Shown one piece after another: positions 37,154 to 49,727 of a stretch of DNA of 64,000 nt. Position numbers and translations under genes: made by a program. The stretch covers positions 687,036 through 751,035 of the forward strand of contig BDGG01000015.1 of NCBI GenBank assembly GCA_001949185.1. Direction: 5' to 3'. Source of the stretch: Ramazzottius varieornatus. Taxonomy: Eukaryota; Animalia; Tardigrada. The notes beneath the pieces were generated by a model. The model was given only the letters and a program-made list of their open reading frames with translations. It did no database searches and was not told the DNA's origin. How positions within the stretch are numbered: position 1 is the first letter of the stretch; each line of letters opens with the position of its first letter.

Positions 37154-39907
37154 ATGGTAAGTGGTGTTAGTGTGCTATGGACCGTGCGCTGACCGTGCAA
37201 CGTTTGGTTGTAGGTGAGCCTCAATCCCGTCCAAATTCTCTCTGCCGAAGCTGAGCATGATAAGGCTGAGAATGCGCGCATGTCATCCTTTGTTGGCGCT
37301 ATCGCCATCGGTGATCTGGTTAAGAGCACTCTTGGACCAAAAGGAATGGTAAGTAGTTCATGAATTTGTGTTAATCAATAGGCAATATGATTCCGTTGTT
37401 TTTGCTTTCAGGACAAAATTATCGTGTTCGGAAGCCGGAAAGAAATTCAGGTGACGAATGACGGCGCAACTATCCTGAAGAACATCGGAATCGATAATCC
37501 CGCTGCCAAAGTCCTTGTCGACATCTCGCAAGTACAGGATAGCGAAGTAGGAGATGGGACTACCTCCGTGGCCGTTCTGGCTGCCGAACTCCTTAAGGTA
37601 AAACTGGCTGCGACTGTGTTTTCTTTTGTGACGGAAACGCGCCACTTGAGCGCAACTTATGGTAAGAAGCGCTTCGGGACGTCACGGTCTTGCTTATGCG
37701 TCTTGTGGTAGACGTGGGTGATGGTATACCGCAGTGACGTCATAAACTGGCTATTGCAACATGGGCTTTCCTGCATGAGGATTCTAACATGGCTATTCCT
37801 CAGAAACCAATTCTCACGCGCCGTTTCTTTCACTGGCTAACACGACGTATTTTGCCTGTTTCAGGAAGCCGAATCGATGATTTCTCAGAAGATTCACCCG
37901 CAGACCATCATTGCCGGTTGGAGACGAGCAGTGGATCTGGCGAGAGAAGCACTGGGGAATGCCACTTTGAATAACAAGTAAGTAATTTTTGTTTCGCATT
38001 TAGGCATGCGTGAAAACCGATTTGTGCGAATAGAAATCTTATTAGATAAAGAGAGGTCGTCAGTTTTGATCGTTACTTTTTCTAGGGAGAACGAAGCGCT
38101 TTTCTTTCAAGATCTGATCAACATAGCGCGGACAACGCTGAGCTCGAAGATTCTCAATCAGCACAAAGACTTCTTCTCCAACATGGCCGTCAGTGCTGTC
38201 TTACGACTGCGAGAAAGTGGAAACCTTGAGCACATTCAGATCATCAAGAAGACCGGTGGTCAACTTAGCGACTCGTTCCTTGATGAAGGCAAGCAGCTGG
38301 CCTTCGTTTGTCCCTATGCGAAGAGTAGTTTCATGAGAGATCCTTTTCAGGCTTTTTGCTGGAAAAGCATCCCGGTGTGAATCAGCCCAAGCGCATGGAG
38401 AAAGCCAAGATCCTCATTGCCAACACGCCCATGGACACGGACAAGATTAAGGTCTTTGGGTCGCGTATCCGCGTCGACTCCACAGCCAAAGTCGCCGAGC
38501 TGGAATTGGCGGAGAAGGCCAAGATGAAGGACAAAGTGGACAAGATTGTCAAGCATGGAATAAATGTCTTCATTAACAGGTAACAAAATCTGTCAGAGTA
38601 AAGTCTAGTCTGGTATCAACGTGGATCTTCCTTTGTCGCAGGCAACTCATTTACAACTACCCAGAGCAGCTTTTCGCCGATGCGGGAGTTATGTCAATAG
38701 AGCATGCTGACTTTGACGGCATTGAGCGGTTAGCCTTCGTCCTCGGTGGAGAGATCGTCTCGACCTTCGACCATCCCGATAAAGTCAAGCTGGGCCACTG
38801 CGATCTGATTGAAGAAGTTTTGGTTGGGGACGAAAAGATGTTGAAGTTTTCGGGTATTTAAAAATTTCACCCAGGTTTCACTTTCGAATCTGAAGCAATC
38901 AAACTCGATAACGTAGTTTTTCCCAAGTGGCGCACGTGTTCGGCGTTGCTGCTAGGAGTGTGCGCCACTTGGGATAACGATCTTGACGAGCGCGATTGTT
39001 ACCTTGTTCAAGTGGAGCACGTTATCAGTGTCTCAGGCTGGAAGAGTGCGCCACTGGCGAAAACAATCTTGTTCAATTGGTTGGCCGACATTGAGAGGTC
39101 CAAAATGGCTCGTTCTTTTTCGTAGGAGTTGCACGAGGAGAAGCTTGCACGATCGTTCTTCGCGGAGCGACTCAGCAGATCGTCGACGAAGCTGAACGAT
39201 CGCTCCATGACGCCTTGTGTGTTCTGCAGCAGACCGTGCAAGACGCGCGGGTGATCTACGGTGGGGGAAGTGGAGAAATGCTGATGGCTGAAGCTGTCAG
39301 CAAAGGAGCAGCTAAAACGCCCGGCAAAGAATCCATCGCTATGGAAGGCTTTGCTCGTGCACTACGAAAGGTAAGGCAGCCCCACATGTCTTTCAAACTG
39401 CTCCTTTTCAGCCATGTCATGTCCTTCATTGGCTTTTCCGTTACAGCTCCCGACGTATGTCGCCGACAATGCTGGCTACGACAGCGCCGAACTGATTTCA
39501 CAGTTGCGAGCTGAACATGCGGAGAACCGAACTGTGGCTGGTCTCGGTTAGTTATCCATTGTTCCATTCTGGACAAATATACTTGATAAATCGGTTTGCC
39601 CAAGTGGCGCACATTTCAGTGTTACTGGCTGACAACGTGCGCTACTTGGGAAAACAATCTGGTCGAGCTTGTTTGTCTGTCTGACAATTGTGAATATTCC
39701 CCTTCTAAAGGTTGGTCGCTTCTACTTGTAGATATGTATGCTGGTACGATGGGCGACATGAGCAAGCTGGGTATCCTGGAGCCATACCGAGTCAAGCTGC
39801 AAATGCTAGTCAGTGCGGCGGAAGCTGCCGAGATGATTTTACGAGTGGACGATATCATCAAGGCGCCACCGCGCAAACGCAACCCTGACAAGCACCGACA
39901 CCACTAG
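37154..39907 (+). CDS. CCT2: T-complex protein 1 subunit beta (chaperonin CCT2), multi-exon; first coding exon is only ATG
   Basis: [85 protein letters not shown]. Confidence 0.97.
38892..39102. mobile_element. Palindromic AAGTGGCGCAC element, 2 units (CCT2 intron)
   Basis: Core 38924-38935, 24-nt spacer, perfect inverted core; second unit at about 39009. Confidence 0.9.
39570..39685. mobile_element. Palindromic AAGTGGCGCAC element, 1 unit (CCT2 last intron)
   Basis: Core 39601-39612, 24-nt spacer, GTGCGCTACTTG. Confidence 0.9.
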
Positions 39908-40327
39908 AAGCCCATGTTTCCGTTTTGTGTTCCTTCTCTCTCTCTCTCTCCCTTTTATCATTTCTTAATTTTTGCTGACCATTTCTGGGGAGCCAGAAAA
40001 CTGTAGACTGTGAATCCACGTACAGTGATGCTGTATCTGATCGGGTTTATATTGTGTCCGAATATTCACGCTAACGAAGTTCAACGTTCAGTCTTTAACA
40101 AAGACAAAGAAGGAAAGAAAAGCTAAAATCCGAACAAAATCTGAGAAAGAGTTCGATCGATCAAAGGAAACATTCAACAAACACATCAAAGCTAAGACCG
40201 AAAATATTCTAACACCGTTGTCGACAACGATTCAGTCAGCGGGCAATATTGTGAAAACATCAACGGGTACCACAGATTACAGCCAGGGAATACTGGAACT
40301 ATTGTTCTGGAGAGCTACGCCATCACC

Positions 40328-43300
40328 TTAAGGCGTTTCCAGCGCCTGTTTGGCCAAATGTATTCGAACATGGAGGCGATTTTGGAAATGGCATTTGGAG
40401 TAGCCATCGCCCGCCTTCTTGAAGAGCTCCTTCTGTTCGCCGCTGTCAGATGACTGCAAGAAAAACATGTTAAATGTTCAAGAATTACCGTTGTCCTGAA
40501 CGGAAAATTTTAACGGAAAGTCACGGCTCTCATTATGGCAGGAAGAGAGATCATCGAGTTGCGTACCTACCTGCTTGTCGCGGCCGAGCAGAACAGCCAG
40601 CTCGTAACATGCAAAAGCCGGCACATGTTCTTCCAACTGGTAGAACTTCTTACTGCACAAGACGTCGCCATCATTTATGGCTTGTCGGTAGCACTGCAAA
40701 ACAAGACAAGTTGCGGACAAGCCAGCGAAACCCCCATCTCCATGTCCACAAATGTCCACAAATGACATGAAAATGATGCTTTCTCCAAGTAGCGCACGTT
40801 TCCGGTGTTGGTAGCTGGAAGTGTGCACCACTTGGGAAAACGACCATGTTCAAGTCATTTACTAGTTAACGCTCCCATGTCGTCCATATGATAACGCGTG
40901 AACAACAATCAGGAACCATTTTGTTTACCAGGATAGCTTGTTGCTTGCGGCCTAATGCCGAATGGAGCTGGCCCTGCATGAAGCAGCGTAAGGGCACGAA
41001 GCGTTCCTGGGTGACGCCTTCGATACCTGTAAAAGCGTGGGAAATCAGTCGGCTATTCCGGCCAGCATAAGACAGAAGGCGAACACTTTTACCGATGAGG
41101 TTTGCTACAGAGGTAGCAAGAGGAACTTTCTGCGGGCAGTTGCAGAAGTAAAGGGTTTCCATGGTCAGCAGCTTGTAGAGGCTTTCATCCAGCAACTTCT
41201 TGTCCTTGGTCAGTTCCTCGCTGCGCGCGGCCAGAAAGAGCTCTAGAGGCCCGTTCTTCATCACAGCCAACGAAGAGACCTTACTGATGTGGTCGACGCA
41301 GCGCGGCGCATCTCCCAACACCCCGTAGCATACTGTAGAAAATTGTCCACTTCGTCACGACTAACAGGACCAAAGACGCAGAAAAGAACATCACGAAAAC
41401 GATGCGTTCCAAGCTAGCTTACAGCCAAGAAAATATGCGTATAAACTTTTGCCCCAGCGACCTCCAGCAAGTAACCTGCAAAAAGAAATGACCTAACAGC
41501 AAGCAGTAGTATCTGCAGTCAAACGTTTGCAAGCTGAAAGCAGATGGAAGCTTTCTTGCGTAACCGAGCTTACTTTTGTAAATGATCCACTGCCAGATTC
41601 CACTTCTGTAGCTGCAGTTGCACAATCCCTGCAAGTAAAACGCCCCTTACATAGAGTGCAGTTCCCAGCTGTTGAGCTCAAAACCGGACGAAGGACGAAT
41701 AGCAAACTCACCTATTTCATGGCGGACCAACATCTCAATTTCTTGCACTTGGGTGGGCGACTGCAAAGCATGGTTGTAGGAGCTAAGTGCACCTTCCATG
41801 TCACCCTGAAGAACAAAATCTTCACTCCTACTGGACAAATGCGCTTATCACCGTTAGAACCAAACCGGAAGATGGAAAAGCCAAGAACGAACCTTGAAGC
41901 GTTTCAGCCGGTTCTCGAAGAACTGGACGATAGGCGAGGCCCGTAACTGATCATCCATCTCTTCAATCAAGATCGATGCATCGTCAATACCTGCAAGCAA
42001 AACCAACTGTAACTGAAGAATCCCAATCAATGATAAAACGGCGACCCCCAGTTCAAAAGACAAAGCGGATTTCGGATTTCTGCGTGCGGAAAGTTACTAT
42101 TAAATACTATTCATAACGCAGATCAAGCCTTGACGCGTGTACAGTGTACTCACCTTGCCGTAGCTGATCTTCTTGTACGGCGTAATAGGTCCTGATGACA
42201 GTGTAGTACCATATCAAAGTTATCCTGCAACGAACAAACTGGGTGATTGATTTCAAAAAACCGAACAACCATACGGGGAGCCAGAAAACAACATCGACAT
42301 GCTTTTTCAGCAAGTGGCGCTCGTTTTCGAAACGACTAACTGGAAACGTGCGCCACTTGGAAAAACGATCTTGTCCAGTTTGATTTTCGGTTGGCGCACG
42401 TTCTCCATTTCACTGGCTGAAAGCGCGCGCGCCACTTAAGAAAGTGATCTGGTGAGTTTGTTTGCCAAGCTCCTGTACATAAGTTTTCTTGGATGTTCAT
42501 ACCTCGCCAGCAAAGCTTTGGAATCTGGCGTACGTGTGCAATAGTTCAAAGCGCGAATGCCAGTATTGACATTGCCTTCGAATCCCAGGAACTTCAGCCA
42601 TTTTACCAAATGTGCCGGTAGAAGAGACAACAACACATGAAAGCAACCAAAGCCGTAACAGACCGATCCTATCACCTGCTGCAAGCGCAGGAAGTGCGCG
42701 GAGACACTGGCGTGCTTGGAAGAATGCACTGAGTGTTGAGAAGGGCAGCCGTTGGGAACTGCTGCATCTGAAGGGACCGCGTGATCCACGACGTCCCGAC
42801 TGTCCGCGTGGGCCACGACGTGGGTCGTGGTGGTGGTAGTAGTGACCGAGGAGAAGGAGGTGCTGGAAAGGGAGCGGGTGGGCTCGCAGGAGGGAAGGTC
42901 TTGCTGGAGAAGGGCGGCTTCGTTCGGGCTGAGACGACCTCGACGGACATCGTCATCGATATGTCGAACGAGCTCTGCAAACGCAGTGTGGTACAGCTTC
43001 CATGCTTGGCGCATCGACCAGCCACTCTTCAACAAGCCACCTGATGAAGGAAGTTCACGGTACAAAGAGGGAAGATATCTTCTGCGAAGGAGTTATTGTC
43101 GACCCGTAACATCACCTTTTGTAACCGGAAACTGGGAGCTGGACAAATTCGCTGCGCCAGATCGTCATCTAAAGTGATGCTCATTGTTGATGTTCTTGAC
43201 CGAGAACGTGCGCCACTTGAACTGAAAATGTGGCTCAGTTCGTTTGCTCAGCTCCTAATTTAGTTTCTAAGAATAAACCTGGCGCGGAGCTCAGCCGAAG

Positions 43301-43847
43301 AAAAGTGAGAAATTTCGAGTATCATGGCGGACAAAACACAGGCACCAACCGAAGTCTGCGCTTTGAAGGAGCTGGAGAAATGTTGAGCAGATCTTCGCGT
43401 CGGCCAAGATTATCCTTTGCTCCTGCTTGTCCTCCACCGTGTCCGAACTCTACAACCATCGAAAACCACTTACGTCGCAAGGCCCAAACATCAAGAGGGA
43501 AGATTTACCTTGGTGGTCGAGCATAATTTCTCCGTATCCTTCCATAAAACCAAGGACTGAGCAATGGAGTCCTGCTCGAAGCTGATCATAGCTTGCGTGA
43601 AGGACACGAAGCTGTGCGTGGCGCTGACTATGGGACTTTCGCTAGTGCTCCTGTAAGAAACAGCTTCAGCGGTCTGTCAAGAAAAAACGTATCGCGACGG
43701 AATTACCAAAGATCAAATACAAACATACCTACTGGTCTCTAGAAGCTGGTTCGCATCTTGAAACCGAGCTAGGAAGATGAAGCGCATCGCCTTGGACGTG
43801 TCTTGTAGATCCTTGCGATACTTCTCTTCCATCCCCTCGAGCGCCAT
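40328..43847 (-). CDS. TTC39C: Tetratricopeptide repeat protein 39 (TTC39C-like), multi-exon
   Basis: GLLKSGWSMRQAWKLY, GSVCYGFGCFHVLLSLLP..LVKWLKFLGFEG, PAFACYELAVL, C-terminal FQNRLHVRIHLA. Confidence 0.85.
40770..40865. mobile_element. Palindromic AAGTGGCGCAC element, 1 unit (TTC39 intron)
   Basis: CAAGTAGCGCAC...GTGCACCACTTGGGAAAACGA. Confidence 0.85.
42274..42475. mobile_element. Palindromic AAGTGGCGCAC element, 2 units, both ends (TTC39 intron)
   Basis: CGGGGAGC ... GTTTGTTTGCCAAGCTCCTG. Confidence 0.88.
43132..43258. mobile_element. Palindromic AAGTGGCGCAC element, 1 unit, both ends (TTC39 intron)
   Basis: AAA|CTGGGAGCTGGACAAA ... TTTGCTCAGCTCCTAA|TTT. Confidence 0.85.
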
Positions 43848-44517
43848 TTACGACGGTATCCGATCCTTCAGTAATCTGACCCCGATCCAGAAGAGCTGAT
43901 TGCGGAGTGACACGATGAGTGAAGGGTGGAAGAGTCCTTTGCAGTGGCTCAGCTGCTCACAAGTCCCAAAGCGAATTCCATCTGAACGTGTCGATGTGCG
44001 AGGTAAACCCCGTTCTGGAGAGCTTTCAGACGTCAAAACGGCAACCGAGTCCCAGAAGGACCGATTCCGGGCGAAGTTACGACGATGAGGACCAGAGCTG
44101 CGAGGACCAAACGAATTTTGAGACGAACTTGGGATTCTGGAATTTGGATCGATGATACGAGTAACGACTATTCATTTTCCTCAATCAATTCCAATCAACT
44201 CACTTTCGGAAATCCATTTATTGATTATTGATTCGCAACACTGGGTTTAACACAACAAAAATTTCCTTGGTCCAGAAGTTTCAAATCAAAGATACAAAAT
44301 GTCCGAAGTAGAAATCTCGGGCAACCGAGAACATCCAGAGCCATAGGCTCTACAAACTCAAAAACATCTAAATAAATAAGAAGTCATTGGTTAAGCTTTT
44401 TGGCAAGGAAGGGAGTGCGTATGCACTTTGAGAAAACTTTGAAAGCAGTATCACATCTATGAGAATATAAGGCACGTGAGGAACACTTCGGGGCCAGGAG
44501 AAAACGGTACACTGAAC

Positions 44518-44795
44518 TTAGACTGCGAAGAAGACACGGAAGTGGCCGTCAAAAGCAGTCGCCGCGTTCTTCAGGAGCTGAAGGCGTTCGGTCGTGTTGG
44601 CACCGATGAGACCGACGAAGATTTCAACGGCCTTGAGCATCTTAGACTGGAGAAGGAAAGACTTATCCACAATCTTTCTCATTTCGCCTTGCTCTTTCAC
44701 TTCGGCGATGTCCCTCTTCACTTCGGCTAAGTCCTTCTTTATGTCCAGCATGCTCATCTGAAGATTCGTCACCACCTCCTTCTAGCCCAGAATCT
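44518..44795 (-). CDS. Hypothetical small coiled-coil protein exon
   Basis: CTGCAG acceptor followed by an ORF with heptad pattern (MLDIKKDLAEVKRDIAEVKEQ). No family recognised. Confidence 0.3.
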
Positions 44796-44834
44796 GCAGA
44801 TTTCGTAAGAAATTTCCCTTTACCGCAAATCATA

Positions 44835-44975
44835 TTAAACCACATAAACCAGTGATTCATATGGTTTGGCGTGAGATCGAAACCGGTTTGAGTGGTTTGG
44901 TTTGAGGTGGTCCGGTTTGGATGTCACACCACGAACCACATAAACCATATAAACCACTTTCTAAGTGGTCTGGTC
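44835..44975. repeat. Cluster of AAACCA/TGGTTT motifs in alternating orientation
   Basis: AAACCACATAAACCA, TGGTTTGG repeated, then AACCACATAAACCATATAAACCA. Confidence 0.55.
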
Positions 44976-45461
44976 TTTTTAACAGCTCTAAATAAAACAT
45001 GGAATTTCAGTCCGCTTCATCATCAAGCCTTCATGAAATATGACAAATGGATGGTAGTTATCGTTCCAGCGGAACGGACTCAAAGAACGTGCTGAAAGTA
45101 ATTGGCCACAGCCAAGGATGCGGCAAGTTCAGACTGGGCACCAAAGTCGGAGGTGGCAACAGGAATGGACTTCCCACTTATACGAAAATATAGACGTACT
45201 AAAGTCCTGACTATGAACTAAAAAGTCGAAAGTCTAAACTCCCGAGGAAACACCAAACGGCTTGCTGATGCGCTTGGAATTCAAGCGTTTCCGGTTCCGG
45301 ACCTCCGGTTTACGGTTTACCTCTTCGTCTGATGAAATATTCTTCCGTAGCTTGTCAGCTGGATAATTCCTTTCACAGAAGAATCTTTTTCTACTCACTC
45401 GTGGAAGACTCTCCTTCGACTTTCCGGGAAGACAAGATTGAACAAGGTGTGTGGAGTTACC

Positions 45462-48406
45462 ATGACTGATCAGCTGGAGAAGCAACTTGGTAAGTAGCCA
45501 CGTCTCCCTTCTCAAGTTTGTAGGCTCTGTCACAAATACCGCATAACTTCTGTGATGCTGCAGCGACACTGTATGTCTCGGAAAAGACTGGATCGGACGA
45601 AAATGGTGATGGATCGGAAGCTAAGCCATTCAAGACGACTCTTCGAGTAAGCTGGTAAAATTGGTGAACAAATTTTCCTCCACCGCTCCACGAGAGTTTC
45701 CGTTGACGCTGATGCCTCGTTAAACAGACTGCACAAGGTACTTTCTTTGTCACTCATTCCTGCTTTTTTTCAGGCATTACGACAAAATGACAAGGAAGAA
45801 TCTTTGAAAATCTTAGTGGAGGCTGCTGACAGCGGTGACGCATCCAAGCAGGTGATTTACAGACCGGAATATAATCCTGGTTATTAATTCTTCTCAGTCG
45901 GCAATAATATTCATCATGCATTACGTTCAGGGCTGTTTTTTAGAGATGGCAACCGATATCGGAAGCTGGTATGAAGAAAGCAAAGAAGCTACATCAACAA
46001 GAAGTGAAGAGGAATGAGAAGGCAGCTGAAAGAGAAAAGGAAGATGCCGAACGACGCGAGAAGAACTTGGAGGAAGCACGAGCCATCGTTATTCAGCAGG
46101 ACGCTTCTCTTCCCCAACCTAAAACGGTAGGTACTGTAGTTCCGATACTTCCCCTGTACAGTCTCAAACAGTCCGAGGTTTTCTCATCTCGGAGATCGGC
46201 AAACAAACCCGTCCAGATCGTTCTTCCAAGTGGGGCATTTTTCGATCCATCAGCATTGGAAGCGTGCGCCACTTCTCGAAAGACTGTACTCGACAAGGTT
46301 GTGTTCACCAAAAGGCGCACGCTTTCAGACAACATCACTGAAAACATGCGTGACTTGGGAATACAGTTTTATCAAGCTCACTCGCCGAGCTCCCATTTTG
46401 CTTCAGTCTTCGCACTACATTCTTGGATTTGACTTGTGAGTGTCTCTGTTCTTGTACTCGTAGATCAAGATCCGAAGCGCGAAAGAGTCGCGAGATGTGC
46501 GAGTGAAAGTGTTCGGCTGGGTGCATCGTCTACGTCGGCAAGGCAGAGTTCTGATGTTTGTCGTGCTGCGTGATGGCACAGGCTATCTTCAGTGCGTCTT
46601 CAACGATCAACTGTGTCAAACATATGATGCCGTAACGCTGGCCACCGAAGCGACCATCTGCGTGTACGGTGTCATTAAGTCGTTGCCGGAGGGCAAGACG
46701 GCACCGGACGGACACGAGATGGTGGTCGACTACTGGGAGCTGATCGGCGCTTCTCCGGCTGGCGGGGCTGACAACTTGCTGAACGAGGAATCCGGCGTGG
46801 ATGTCATGCTGGATAACCGCCATATGCTTATCCGCGGAGACAACGTAAGTAAACTTCTCGCAGGAGTGTTTTTTCGATTTTTCCAACTAGAAAGATCAAA
46901 ATTGAAGTCTTTCACCTACCTGCATACACGAAACATGAACTTTCCACGGTAGGCATGTATGCAGGTGTACGGATATGGTAGAGTGGGTTCGGTTTTTTCC
47001 GTGTGAGGATTTGCGGATGATCAGGGAACGTTTTTTGATTTGTGCTTGGTGATCTGGATTGTTCGTTTTGCAGATGTCGAAGATGCTGAAGCTGCGGTCG
47101 GTGTTGATCAAGGCCTTCCGCGATCATTACTACGACCGGGGGTACTTTGAGATTACGCCACCGACACTGGTACAGACGCAGGTCGAAGGCGGTGCCACGC
47201 TCTTCAAGCTGGACTACTTCGGCCAAGAAGCCTACTTGACGCAGTCTTCCCAGCTGTACCTGGAGACAGCCACTCCAGCTGTGGGCGACTGCTACTGCAT
47301 TGCCCAGTCGTATCGCGCTGAACAGTCGAGAACTCGGCGTCATCTGGCCGAGTAAGTGACTATTCCCCATCAATCGAATATCTTCTGTTTGGTTTCGGCT
47401 CAATTTCTGTCCGTCTTGACAGGTACACGCACATCGAAGGCGAGTGTCCATTTGTTACTTTTGAAGAGCTTCTGGATCGCATCGAAGACCTCATCGTTGA
47501 TGTGGCGCAGCGCGTGATGGACTCACCGTTTGCCCATCTCGTCACCGATTTGAACCCGGTACGATACGGTGTTGTTCAGAAGCTGTGTACTTGAACTGTA
47601 GAGAACCCTTTGTTCATGTTTGTCGTTTGTTGAACTGCTAGAACTTCAAAGTGCCGAAGAAGCCTTTCAAGCGCATGGACTACACTGATGCCATCAAGTA
47701 CCTCAAAGAACACAACATCACCAAGGACGATGGAACATTCTACGAGTTTGGCGACGTAAGTCAGATTCAACATTCAGAACTGCACTATAGTTTTCGCTCA
47801 TAAATGTGGGCTGGACGAGTGGAGTCGACAAGACTTTTTTCCCAAGTGGCGCATGTTTACGGTGTTTCTCGCCGAAAGTGTGCGCAACTTGGGTGTAGTC
47901 TAATCCAGTTTGTTTGCCGGGGTCCCAAATATTTATTGTTTCTCGACATGAAAATATGCAACTCAAGGGAAAAGGAAGGTTTGAAGGTACCGAAACGATG
48001 TGATTTTTAGGATATTCCAGAAGCGCCGGAGCGCAAAATGACGGACGAAATCAACGAGCCCATCATGCTGTGTCGCTTCCCGGCCGAGATCAAGTCATTC
48101 TACATGCCGCGAACCAAGGAGGACAACCGCTTGACCGAGTCGGTGGACGTCTTAATGCCCAATGTGGGCGAGATTGTGGGAGGCAGCATGAGAACGTGGA
48201 AGTACGAAGAGCTGGTGGATGGCTTCAAGAAGAACAACCTGCCACTGGAGCCGTACTACTGGTACTTGGATCTGCGCAAGTACGGCTCGTGCCCACATGG
48301 CGGCTACGGGCTGGGCTTGGAACGTTACTTGACTTGGCTCGCCAACCGACAGCATATTCGCGATTGTACTATCTATCCACGCTTTGTCGATCGCTGTAGA
48401 CCTTAG
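45462..48406 (+). CDS. NARS1: Cytoplasmic asparaginyl-tRNA synthetase, multi-exon
   Basis: [87 protein letters not shown]. Confidence 0.97.
46189..46395. mobile_element. Palindromic AAGTGGCGCAC element, 2 units, both ends (AsnRS intron)
   Basis: CGGAGATCGGCAAACAAAC ... CGCCGAGCTCCCA. Confidence 0.88.
47805..47927. mobile_element. Palindromic AAGTGGCGCAC element, 1 unit (AsnRS intron)
   Basis: GTCGACAAGA..CAAGTGGCGCAT...GTGCGCAACTTG...GTTTGTTTGCCGGGGTCCCA. Confidence 0.87.
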
Positions 48407-48699
48407 ATGATTTCCATCCACGTTTTGTTCCTTTTTAATGACGGTCTGCGAGAAAGACTGACAATGTTTTCATCAGTCGACATTACCAGTGGCAATCTGT
48501 CGGTAATGCGCAGTAAAATCAGAAAGGAATGCCGCGACGAAAAATCTAACCCACGAAACTTACAGCCGTGGAACTTGAAACATCAAAACGTTGAAACTTA
48601 AAACTGGAAAAGAAGACTAACTAAGGTCACAGGGCGAACGGGAGAACCGGACGAGGTGAGCAAGGATAAAAACTGCGCTGATAAGAAAAAAGGCAAGAT

Positions 48700-48815
48700 A
48701 AAAATGTCCGCTCGAAAAGATCGTTTACCAAGTGACGCACGCTCTCGGCCGATAACACCGATCTCGTGCGCCACTTGAGAAAATAATCTTGTCGAGTTTC
48801 TTCGCCGAGCTTCCG
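48700..48815. mobile_element. Palindromic AAGTGGCGCAC element, 1 unit (between convergent 3' ends)
   Basis: CAAGTGACGCAC...GTGCGCCACTTG...ATCTTGTCGAGTTT..GCCGAGCTTCC. Confidence 0.87.
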
Positions 48816-48851
48816 AGTCGAATACTGCATCTTACAATTGAGTAAAACAAT

Positions 48852-49727
48852 CTATTTGGTTACTGGACTGAGCCCATTGTCTGGGGATTCCAGACTAAGA
48901 ATCTGTTCAGCGATGGCACGCATGACAATCACGAAAGCTTCTTGTCTTGCGAGGTGTTCCGGGGATTGCAGATGGTCCACCAGTTCATCCAGCCGGGCGA
49001 AGAAGGTACCGTGACAGACACGACAGCCGAGTACGTCCTCGCCAGCCATGTCAGTAGGAGTGAACAACAGCGTGTCGTGCTCGGTGGACAAGGCCTCGCC
49101 GACGAAGTCAACTTCCATCTTTGAAAGATTGGGCGGAAGCTCCAACGGCAAGAAAGGCTCTACTTGGATCACTTTGCCATGGATACCTTCGTCTTGTTCA
49201 GTCGAAAAGGCTTCTTCTTGCCAGGAGATTGAGGGTAGACCTAATTCAGCTGGTTTAGTATGAACCTCGGTCTCAAGAAGAGTTTCCACAGCTCCGTCTG
49301 AAGACTCGGAGTCTTCGTCCTCCTTCTTAAGCACACTTTGCTGTGCGTTAGAGTCGCCTGCTGATCCGACCTTGTTCTTCTTTCTACGTCGCTTGCGCTT
49401 CTTTTTCGTTCTCCCTGGTGGTCCGGTAGGATTAGGTTTGTCGGTTGCAGCGGAAAGAGACATGGCTGGGGTCCTGGCTTCCACCGACGTCTGCAGAGGT
49501 GCGTTTCGTGCCATCGGCGTGCGTGGAGCAAACTGTGGCGGCCTTGGCGCTTGCCTGAATAAACAGCCAGATTGTGAACTTGTGCTTCAAAGGGGTAAAC
49601 CAGCATGGTCAAAATCTTACGTGCGAGGTGGGAAAGGGAAACCATCAGGACGATAAAGAGCGCCTGGATGGCGAAGTTGATCCGGAAATGGATGAGGAAA
49701 GTTGAAACCCCGCTGTGGATGATCCAT
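48852..49727 (-). CDS. Low-complexity protein with basic NLS-like tract and C-terminal C2H2 (U1/matrin-like) zinc finger; coding exons about 49727-49619 and 49554-48852
   Basis: KKKRKRRRKK tract and CRVCHGTFFARLDELVDHLQSPEH. The upstream Pro-rich exon (MDHPQRGF...) splices in frame. Confidence 0.6.

Noticed and set aside
37601-37860. Highly degenerate element remnants in a CCT2 intron
   Set aside because: Only one half-core (GCGCCACTTG) is clear. It is probably an old copy but was not listed as a feature.
38924-38971. Core CCAAGTGGCGC resembles the 3' part of the CTCF motif
   Set aside because: The 5' CCA and the central AG of the CTCF consensus are usually missing, and only a few variants (CCAGATGGCG, CAGGTGGCG) fit. 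Not supportable without a PWM scan.
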